NCBI GenBank assembly: GCA_016235455.1
Contig: JACRKZ010000095.1
Coordinates: 1-33,401, forward strand
Reading direction: 5' to 3'
DNA length: 33,401 bases
Source of the DNA: Armatimonadota bacterium
Lineage (GTDB): Bacteria; Armatimonadota; UBA10988
Shown: one piece after another, positions 1 to 7,387 of the stretch
Position numbering within the stretch: the stretch's first letter is position 1
How the letters are laid out: the number at the start of each line of letters is the position of its first letter
The notes under the pieces: model-generated
Told to the model about the DNA's origin: nothing
Database searches by the model: none
Seen by the model: only the letters and a program-made list of their open reading frames with translations
Program-made: the position numbers and the translations under genes

Positions 1-242
1 TCGACCGCTCGCGGCAGCGACCCGCCGTCGGCCGGCTCGATGTACTCGGCGGTCGGCCGGCGACCGTGGTTGGGCAGTTGCGGGTAGATCTCGGTGAAGC
101 ACAGCACCCGCGCACCCATACGCGCGGCGCGCTGCACCCACGGCTCGGTGTCGGCCATGAGCGCGTCGAGCTCGGCCGGCGAGCAGACGCCGCCGCCCGC
201 GGGTCGCCGGTTGAGGCTGGCCAGAACGGTCTTGCTACCCAT
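1..242 (-). CDS. Carbon-nitrogen hydrolase (nitrilase superfamily) protein, 5' part; runs off the left edge
   Basis: Not in the ORF track. My translation from ATG at 242 is MGSKTVLASLNRRPAGGGVCSPAELDALMADTEPWVQRAARMGARVLCFTEIYPQ...YIEPADGGSL. AARMGARVLCFTE matches the nitrilase A..GA.lv.fPE catalytic Glu motif. It starts 9 nt after the SBP stop. Confidence 0.75.
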   Translation of the reverse strand, partial: MGSKTVLASLNRRPAGGGVCSPAELDALMADTEPWVQRAARMGARVLCFTEIYPQLPNHGRRPTAEYIEPADGGSLPRAV

Positions 243-251
243 GGCGGTGAC

Positions 252-1586
252 TCACTTGGCTTTGGCCGCGCCGGCAGCCTTGGCCAGCGCCGCGTCGGCC
301 TTCTGGTCCAGCACCTTGACGATGTCTTCGGGGCTCTTGAGCCCGTTCATGTAGTTGAGGTGCGCCTCTTCGAGCGCCTTGCGCACATCCTGCCAGCCAG
401 CGACGTTGGGCTCGGCCACGGCGACATCGAGGATCTCCAGCGCGCGGCCGTTCTGCGGCGCGGCGGCCATCTGGTCCTTGACGGTCTGCGTGTCGAGCGC
501 CGACTTGCGCACCGGCAGGTAGCCCGACGCCACGGCCCAGCGCGCAGTGACCTCCTTGGAGGCGAAGTACCGGATGAAGTTCCAGCCGGCCTTCTCGCGC
601 TCGGGGTTGGAGGTGAACAGGCAGATGTTGGCGCCAAACAGCACGGTCACCGGCTTCACGCCGTCGGCGTGCGGCAGGCAGCCGGCGTCCCATTTGATCT
701 TGCCGGCCACGAGCCGGCCGATGTCGGGTCGCGCGGTGGACGAGCGTAGGAAGAAGGCGGTCTTGCCCGCGGCGAAGTCGGCGTTCTGGTTGTCCTTGCT
801 GGTGGGCTCATAGACCAGCTTGTCCTTGACCATGTTGGCCCAGAAGCGCAAGGCCTCGACGGTGGCCGGCGAGCCGAACCCGGCGCTGCCGTCGGCGTCG
901 AGCAGTTTGCCACCGAACGACAGAATGATGCCGTCGAGCGCCGAGGCGTCCTTGACGAACGAGAACGGCTTGACCTCCGGGTGCTTGGCCTTGATCTTGC
1001 GGCAAGCGTCCATCAACTCGGCCCAGGTCTCGGGCGTCTTGGCGCCTACCTCGGCCAGCATGTCCTGGTTGGAGTAGAGCATCAGCACGCTCTTGGTGAA
1101 GGGGAAGGACAGCAGCTTGCCGCCGAACTGAGCGAAGCGGTTCGTCTCCAGGAAGGCGGGGTAGATGTCAGTCGCGGAGTCTTTATCGAGCCCGATCTTC
1201 GGGTCGGTGACGAAGCCGTCGAGCGGCCGCACGGCGTCGGCGGCCATGTAGTCGGCCACCATGCTCTCGTAGGCCACCGCCAGGTCAGGCCGCGCCGAGG
1301 CGTCCTGGGCGTGGAGACCGGCACGCACCTTCTCGAAGACCTGGTCGTAGCTGCCGATGTAGGTAGCCTCGACCTTGGTCACGCCGGGCTGCTTGTTGTA
1401 GTCGTCGACGATGGCGACCAGCGCCTTCTCGTTGTTCTGGGTCTGCGTGTGCCAGAAGCGCAGCGGGCTGGCGTCGGCCGCGCCGCTCTTGGCCGGCCCG
1501 TCGCTGGGCGGCGCCGTCGGCTTGCCACAGCCTGCCAGCAGGCCCATCGCCACCATCATGCCAACCCATGCTCGCCTCGCCCTCAT
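252..1586 (-). CDS. ABC transporter extracellular solute-binding lipoprotein (sugar/glycerol-phosphate-type, family 1)
   Basis: Lipobox LLAGC and family-typical segments FWH, PDLAVAY, SFPFTKSVLMLYSNQDML, TPETWAEL, GWNFIRYF, SGYLPVRKSA. GGAGG lies 6 nt before ATG 1586. The ORF-track extension to 2393 overlaps the upstream gene and is spurious. Confidence 0.9.
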   Translation of the reverse strand: MRARRAWVGMMVAMGLLAGCGKPTAPPSDGPAKSGAADASPLRFWHTQTQNNEKALVAIVDDYNKQPGVTKVEATYIGSYDQVFEKVRAGLHAQDASARPDLAVAYESMVADYMAADAVRPLDGFVTDPKIGLDKDSATDIYPAFLETNRFAQFGGKLLSFPFTKSVLMLYSNQDMLAEVGAKTPETWAELMDACRKIKAKHPEVKPFSFVKDASALDGIILSFGGKLLDADGSAGFGSPATVEALRFWANMVKDKLVYEPTSKDNQNADFAAGKTAFFLRSSTARPDIGRLVAGKIKWDAGCLPHADGVKPVTVLFGANICLFTSNPEREKAGWNFIRYFASKEVTARWAVASGYLPVRKSALDTQTVKDQMAAAPQNGRALEILDVAVAEPNVAGWQDVRKALEEAHLNYMNGLKSPEDIVKVLDQKADAALAKAAGAAKAK

Positions 1587-1659
1587 GGCCATCCTCCGCT
1601 CGTCTGCATAGTATGACACCAATGGCCAACGGATCCAGAGCCCGAGCCGCGCGGAGTGC

Positions 1660-4575
1660 TCATCGACAACGCAACCAGCCAAAATCGGTGGCCGGGTTGA
1701 GCGTGCCCCACACCAGCCGACCCTTGAGCGGCACGCGCTCGGCCCAGGACACCGACGCTGAGCCAGGTGAGTCGACTGGCAGGCTCCGCACCACGTTGAC
1801 GCGCGGCGAGGCCGTGCCGTCGGCCGAGCCCAGCCAGGCGTAGGGGATCGCCAGCACCACCGACCAGCCCTCGGGGCCAACCGACGACGAAGCGCGCCAT
1901 GTGGCGTCGAGTTCGGGCAGGTAGCCGTCATCGAACTGGCAGCGCGCCGCGCCGCTGGGGCTGAGGTGGAAGATGCGGCGCGGCAGCGTCCGCCGCGGTT
2001 CGATGTAGATCCGCAACCCGTCGCCGGCGAAGGCTGCCATGGACGAAGGCTGGCCGGCTGCCTGGCGGCACAGCACACCCACGTACAGTGCGTCGCGGGT
2101 GTGCAGCGCCTTCCACTGGGTGCGGCGGCCGCGCCGGTCGCGCTCGGCCACCGGCAGGTGGTCGCAAGGGTCGTAGCCACACAGCCGGCGGCGCTCCGTG
2201 TTGGGCACGTCGCGCAGCCAGTGGTCGCACGACACCCACGGCGCGGCGGCCCACGAAGGCCCGAATGGCTGGCCATCGAGTGGCGGCGGCGTGGCCACCG
2301 CGGGGCTGTCGTATACGGCGCCCGTCGGGCGTTCGCCGGTGTAGTCGCCGAACAGCGGGCCGGGCGCGGCGAGGCGGGCTTCGACCTGGGCAAACTCGTC
2401 GCGCAGCAGCCGGCGCAACTGGCCCATGCGCCAGCGGATCAGCGCGGGGTAGTACTTGTAGCCTTCCGCCTCCGAGTGGAACCCCAGCCGGGCATCGGCC
2501 TCGACCAGCGGCAGCAGTTCCGCGTCCAGCGCCAACTCGTCCTGCACGATGGCCTTCATGCGGGCCAGGCTGGCACGACGCGCGGCCAGACCCTTGGCCT
2601 CGGCAAGCGTCTCACGCTCCTGGTAGAAGCTCAGGATGTGGTAGCCGCTGCGCAGTTGCAGGCCGAGCGCGGTGGCCAGGCCGATGTCACGCAGGCGCTC
2701 AGGCTGGGCCGCAAAAGCGCCGCGCAAGCCGTGGAGAATGGCCACGCCGCGGTCCCACTGCTCGGTCATCCCGCCGCACAGCACCACCAGTTCGCGGAGC
2801 GTGAAGCCGTTGGTGGTGCACTCGGCGACGTAGTCACCGCTGGGCGGGTAGCCCAACTGCCAGGTAGGCGCCAGCGGCAGCCGGCGCGGCACCAGGTAGA
2901 GCGGCCACACCGGCCCGTCGTGCATCGGGCCGAAGTAGCCGAAGATGTGCGCCGTGGGGTAGTTGCTGTAGCCCTTCTCGAACCACTCCCAGGCGCTGAC
3001 CACCTGGTCGGCGTGGTCGCCCCAGTCGCGCGCGGCCAGTTGGCGCAGGAAGGCGTGGCCGTCAGGCGCGAACGGCTCGAACGACAGCTCGCCGGCGGCG
3101 CGCGTCATCAGCGACGGGAACGAGCCGAAGTACCACGAATGCATGGCGCTGCTCACGCCCAGTTCGTGCATGGCCTGGTACTTGCGGTAGAGCAGCCCCG
3201 GTGCCGGCACGACCTGCGTGGTGGCCACCTCGTGCGAGCAGCCCACCTGCAGCTTGGCCGACACGCGCACGCCCTGCCCGACCGCGGCGGCGGCGCACTG
3301 CCCGAACAGCTCGCTCGGCCCGGCGTAGGATAGCCAGTAGTCCCAGGTCCGCCGCCATTGGCCGAGCTGGAAGTTGCGCCCACCGGTCTCGAAGTTGTGC
3401 TGGAGGATGACTCCAGGCGGCGTGTGCGCGGCAGCCTCGGCAGTGCGCTCGGGGCCCCAGGCGATGAACTGCCCGTAAGGCCAGGCCACCAGCTCGGCGG
3501 ACGGGTCGACGGCGTCGATGCCCCGCCGCATGGCGGCCAGGGTGTCGCGCAGCACCTCCCAGGGCTGCCGCTTCGAGCAGAGCGGACAGGTGTTGGGGCT
3601 GGGCCACATGCCACCGTCGGGAATGCTGGTCGAATAGCAGTGGGTCTGTCGCTCGCCCACGGGAATGACCATCAGACCGCCCAGGCCGGGCACCTCGGCG
3701 AACAGCGTGCGTGCGGCCTCCTCCACATAGGCGAGGCCGGCAACGCTGCTGGTGCAGAACGAGCCGCGATGGCCCCGCAGCTCGGGATGCGCCGCGGCTG
3801 CCGCCTGCACCTCGGGCGCGGGGCTGGTGAAGGCGGCCGGCTCGATGCAGAAGGGGTAGATGCGGATGCCATACCGGGCGCACTTGGCGACCGTGCGCCG
3901 CAGTCTGGCCAGACGCGGCGCCGAGTCCCGCCCGTACTCGGGGATGAGGCGCGACGGCACGGTGCGGAACCAATCGATGGTCAGCCAGAGCGCGTTGACA
4001 CCCTCGTGAGCCAGGCGGTTCAGGTACTCGTCGGGGTAGTAGTCGGTGTCGTCGGCCAACTCGTCCTTGGACTTCGGCGGCCGGTTGATGGGACCGTAGA
4101 AGCAGCGCGAGATGCGGGTTCGCACCCAGGGTCGGCGGGCCTGTATACCCAGGGGAAGGAACGGCCCGCCGCGACGCATCATCTCGTCCTCGACCCAGAT
4201 CAGCCCGCGCCGGATGCCCTCGGTGTCGGCTGCAGCGACCTCACAGCCGCCGGGCCGCACGGTGATCACCTGAGCTTCGGGCTGCTCGGTGGGCGTCCGC
4301 CGTGTGACGATCTCGAACGGACCGGCGGACAGGCCGACCGTGCCGAGGAAGTGCCGGAAGTCGGCATGCGCAGTGTCGAGCAGGCCGTGCGGGTCGGGGA
4401 AGCCGGGCACCAGATGGACGCCGCTCGCGACGCCCGCTTCGCCCTGACGCGCGCCACGCGGGCGCCAGTGCTGCGGCTGGTGGTAGGGCGTGGTGCGCAG
4501 TTCCTCGACGAACGCCCAACTCGCCTCGGGCGGCTGCGGCGGCACGGGCGGCAAGGATGGCGGACCGAACAGCAT
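1660..4575 (-). CDS. Uncharacterised glycoside-hydrolase-like protein (GH20-like N-terminal domain, probable TIM-barrel core, C-terminal CBM9/DOMON-like domain)
   Basis: 971-aa ORF with GGAG upstream. PEAQVITVRPGGCEVAAADTEGIRRGL resembles the hexosaminidase N-terminal domain. KALHTRDALYVGVLC...GDGLRIYIEP...WSVVLAIPY...RVNVVR resembles CBM9-like folds. No signal peptide. Function is inferred. Confidence 0.6.
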   Translation of the reverse strand: MLFGPPSLPPVPPQPPEASWAFVEELRTTPYHQPQHWRPRGARQGEAGVASGVHLVPGFPDPHGLLDTAHADFRHFLGTVGLSAGPFEIVTRRTPTEQPEAQVITVRPGGCEVAAADTEGIRRGLIWVEDEMMRRGGPFLPLGIQARRPWVRTRISRCFYGPINRPPKSKDELADDTDYYPDEYLNRLAHEGVNALWLTIDWFRTVPSRLIPEYGRDSAPRLARLRRTVAKCARYGIRIYPFCIEPAAFTSPAPEVQAAAAAHPELRGHRGSFCTSSVAGLAYVEEAARTLFAEVPGLGGLMVIPVGERQTHCYSTSIPDGGMWPSPNTCPLCSKRQPWEVLRDTLAAMRRGIDAVDPSAELVAWPYGQFIAWGPERTAEAAAHTPPGVILQHNFETGGRNFQLGQWRRTWDYWLSYAGPSELFGQCAAAAVGQGVRVSAKLQVGCSHEVATTQVVPAPGLLYRKYQAMHELGVSSAMHSWYFGSFPSLMTRAAGELSFEPFAPDGHAFLRQLAARDWGDHADQVVSAWEWFEKGYSNYPTAHIFGYFGPMHDGPVWPLYLVPRRLPLAPTWQLGYPPSGDYVAECTTNGFTLRELVVLCGGMTEQWDRGVAILHGLRGAFAAQPERLRDIGLATALGLQLRSGYHILSFYQERETLAEAKGLAARRASLARMKAIVQDELALDAELLPLVEADARLGFHSEAEGYKYYPALIRWRMGQLRRLLRDEFAQVEARLAAPGPLFGDYTGERPTGAVYDSPAVATPPPLDGQPFGPSWAAAPWVSCDHWLRDVPNTERRRLCGYDPCDHLPVAERDRRGRRTQWKALHTRDALYVGVLCRQAAGQPSSMAAFAGDGLRIYIEPRRTLPRRIFHLSPSGAARCQFDDGYLPELDATWRASSSVGPEGWSVVLAIPYAWLGSADGTASPRVNVVRSLPVDSPGSASVSWAERVPLKGRLVWGTLNPATDFGWLRCR

Positions 4576-4659
4576 CGCTTTCTCCGCGCGACGGCAAGGT
4601 CGACGGGTCGGTACGCCGACCCCGACGGGAACCCTCCTCGCTACGGGCTCCCGTGTTGG

Positions 4660-4668
4660 TGCTATGCT
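4660..4668 (+). promoter_or_regulatory. Possible extended -10 promoter (TG-c-TATGCT) for the darA-like gene
   Basis: TGCTATGCT lies just upstream of the GGAG RBS and GTG at 4686. No convincing -35 element. Confidence 0.35.
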
Positions 4669-4685
4669 TGCCGCGGAGCCGAACC

Positions 4686-5015
4686 GTGAAGCTGCTCATT
4701 GCCATCGTGCCCAACCGCCTGGCGCGCCGGGTGCGCGAGCGCCTGTGCGCCGACGGCCATGGCTACACCGAGTTGTCAGGCTCTGGCGGGCTGTTCCGCG
4801 AGGGCAACGCAACGCTGCTCATCGGCCTTGACGACGCCCAGGTGGAGCCAGTGCTGGCCGCGCTGCGCGAGCTGTGCCAGCCACGCCAGGCAAGCATCAA
4901 CCTGCCCGGCGCCGACCTGCGCGCCTATGCCGATCCGGCCAGCGGCGTCGAGACGGTCGAGATCGGCGGCCTGCACGCCTTCGTGCTCGGTGTCGAGCAG
5001 ATGGTCCACCTGTGA
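4686..5015 (+). CDS. darA: Cyclic-di-AMP receptor DarA/PstA-like PII-family protein (DUF970/YaaQ)
   Basis: From GTG 4686: MKLLIAIV...TELSGSGGLFREGNATLLIGLDD...VEIGGLHAFVLGVE, 109 aa. It is collinear with DarA (MKLIxAIV...TKLxxxGGFLxxGNTTxxIG...VEVGGATVFVxPV). GGAG RBS. Confidence 0.85.
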   Translation: MKLLIAIVPNRLARRVRERLCADGHGYTELSGSGGLFREGNATLLIGLDDAQVEPVLAALRELCQPRQASINLPGADLRAYADPASGVETVEIGGLHAFVLGVEQMVHL

Positions 5016-7387
5016 GCCAGCCCGCGGCGCCGGCACTCAGCCGCCTCGAAGTCTACCGTGGCATGGGACGCTGGAACCTTAGCGGCGGCCTGGCCGCCGT
5101 GTGGCTGTCCATCGTCTTCGGCACCGTGTCGACCGGCTATCTGCTGGCGCTCGGCGCCTCCAACGCCATGGTGGGCCTGCTCTCGGGTGCCAACTCCTGG
5201 GGGCATGTGCTGCAGTCGGTGACGCCGCTGATGAGCGGCCAGGTGAGCCGCCGCAAGCCGCTGTGCACGCTCACCTACGCGCTGGGCTACAGTGTCTGGC
5301 TGGCCGTGGCGCTGGTGGCCTTCCTGCCGGCTGCCATGCCGCGGGCACATCTGGTCATCGCTCTGGTCATCGGCGGCGGCATGTTGATCGCCGTGGGCTC
5401 GCCCTTGGCCAACACCTGGCTGGCCGATCTGGTGCCGCAGGAGTTGCGCGGCCGGTTCGTGGCTCGTCAGCAGAGCATCATGGCCGCCGTCGGCCTGGTG
5501 GCCACACTGGCCACCGGCTGGTACGTCGACCAGTATGACAAGGGCCACCAGATCCCCGCCTTCCAGCTCCTGTTCTACCTCGCGGTGGCCGCGGCGCTGG
5601 CGTCGGTCTGGGTCTGGAGCCGCGTGCCCGAACCGCCGATGAACCGCAGCGGCGGACGGGTCGGACCGGCCATGCTCCTGCTGCCGCTACGCCACCACAA
5701 CTTCCGCAACCTGACCCTTTTCCTGGCCGCGCGCACCAGCGCCATGATGATGGCCGCGCCGTTCTTCGCGGTCTACATGCTCGAGCACCTGCACATCAGC
5801 TACCAGCGCATCGCGCTGTACTCCATGGCCGTGACCATCAGCCAGATCGCCAGCAACCCGTTCTGGGGCTACCTGGCCGACAAGTTTGGCTACAAGCCGC
5901 TGCTGCGGATCAGCACGTTCGGCATCGCGCTCATCCCCATCCCGTGGTTCTTCACCACCCCCACCAACTACCACCTGATCATCCCCGTGGTGCAGATGTG
6001 GGGCGGGCTGATGGGTGCCGGCGTCATCCTCAGCCAGTACAACCTGATGCTCAAGATCGCGCCGGCCGAGCACAAGGAGGTCTACATCGGCGTGCACACG
6101 GCGGTGGTCAACCTGGCCGTGGGGTTGGGCAGCATCCTTGGTGGCCTGGTGGCCGACCTCCTCAAGGACTACGTCCCCGACCCGACCTTCTTCGGCCGGC
6201 CGATCACCTACCTGCACATCCTGTTCCTCGTCTCCGCCCTGCTGCGGTTCCTGGGCCTGTCGCTGCTGCAGCGCGTGCGCGAGGAGCCGGAGGTGGCCGC
6301 GCGGCGCGTCATGCGCGAGGTCAGCCGCGGCAATGTGCTGCGCACGCTGTTCAACCTCGGGCGCATGCAGCGCTCGGCCGACACCGAGGTGCGCGTGCGG
6401 GCCACCCGCGCGCTGGGCAGTCCCGGCAACGTGCTGGCCGTGGAGGAGCTGGTCGCCGCGCTGGACGACAGCCAGATGGAGGTGCGGCGCGAGGCCGCGC
6501 GCAGCTTAGGCCAGATTGCCGACACCCGCGCCGTGGAACCCCTGGTGGCCAAGGCGACGGACCCCGTGGCCGACATCCCCGAACAGGCTGTGGAGGCGCT
6601 TGGGCACATCGAGTCCAACGAGAGCTACTGGGCGCTCGTGCAACTGCTCGACGACCCGCGTGATGCCGTGCGGCGCAGCGTGGCGCAGTCGCTGGGCGCC
6701 ATGGGCGACAGCCGTGCCGTGGGGCACCTGGAAGCGCGCATCGAGGTCGAGCAGGATCCAGCGGTGGTGCTGGCTGTGACCGAGGCCCTGTCTCGGCTGG
6801 GTGGCATCAGCGCGGTGCATCGCCTGCGCCTGCTGCTGCGCAAGCTGACCAGCGACGGCGCGCGCAAGCAGGTGGCCCACTCCATCAGCCATCTGCTTGG
6901 CGACTCCACCACGTTCTACACACTGTTGGAGCTCGACGCGTTGCGCCAGGAGGAGCGCGTGGCCCGCCTGCTGGAGAAGCGTCGCCGGCAATGGGCACGC
7001 TGGCGAGTCGCCTCGGCCGACGACACCACCTACGCCGAGGAGCATCTGACCGAGGCCATGCTGGCCTTCGAGCACGAGGAGTACACCACGGTCATCGCCA
7101 TGCTGCGACAAGTGGCCTCGCGCACGCTCCATGCGCTGGTCGGCTCGGACCAGGGCGACCGCTGGCTGCGCGACATCCGCGCCGACCTGCCGGTGAACAA
7201 GAAGGTGGGCCTATTCCTGGATCAGCAGCCCGAACTGCGGCTGAACTTCGGGTTCCTCAACGCACTATGGCGCGCCTGCCGGGGCCATGAGCCCACGCGC
7301 GAAGAGGCCCTGTTGGCGGTGTTTGCCTTCGACCGCGTGGCCGGCCTGGCGCGCAGCCTGGCCAGGCGTCAGAGCGGCAGCTCGTAG
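5012..7387 (+). CDS. MFS transporter fused to C-terminal HEAT/PBS-lyase-like repeats
   Basis: GTG at 5012 overlaps the darA stop (GTGA). About 12 hydrophobic segments with MFS motifs WLADLVPQELRGRF and GYLADKFGYKP are followed by HEAT repeats (VRVRATRALG, VRREAARSLG, AVEALG, VRRSVAQSLG). Confidence 0.88.
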   Translation: MSQPAAPALSRLEVYRGMGRWNLSGGLAAVWLSIVFGTVSTGYLLALGASNAMVGLLSGANSWGHVLQSVTPLMSGQVSRRKPLCTLTYALGYSVWLAVALVAFLPAAMPRAHLVIALVIGGGMLIAVGSPLANTWLADLVPQELRGRFVARQQSIMAAVGLVATLATGWYVDQYDKGHQIPAFQLLFYLAVAAALASVWVWSRVPEPPMNRSGGRVGPAMLLLPLRHHNFRNLTLFLAARTSAMMMAAPFFAVYMLEHLHISYQRIALYSMAVTISQIASNPFWGYLADKFGYKPLLRISTFGIALIPIPWFFTTPTNYHLIIPVVQMWGGLMGAGVILSQYNLMLKIAPAEHKEVYIGVHTAVVNLAVGLGSILGGLVADLLKDYVPDPTFFGRPITYLHILFLVSALLRFLGLSLLQRVREEPEVAARRVMREVSRGNVLRTLFNLGRMQRSADTEVRVRATRALGSPGNVLAVEELVAALDDSQMEVRREAARSLGQIADTRAVEPLVAKATDPVADIPEQAVEALGHIESNESYWALVQLLDDPRDAVRRSVAQSLGAMGDSRAVGHLEARIEVEQDPAVVLAVTEALSRLGGISAVHRLRLLLRKLTSDGARKQVAHSISHLLGDSTTFYTLLELDALRQEERVARLLEKRRRQWARWRVASADDTTYAEEHLTEAMLAFEHEEYTTVIAMLRQVASRTLHALVGSDQGDRWLRDIRADLPVNKKVGLFLDQQPELRLNFGFLNALWRACRGHEPTREEALLAVFAFDRVAGLARSLARRQSGSS

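Noticed and set aside
1587-2393. Apparent N-terminal extension of the solute-binding protein (713 aa)
   Set aside because: It overlaps the GH-like gene in another frame. The lipoprotein signal and RBS place the start at 1586.
4576-4685. c-di-AMP (ydaO) riboswitch upstream of the darA-like gene
   Set aside because: The region is short and I cannot find the conserved ydaO sequence blocks; only generic hairpins are present.
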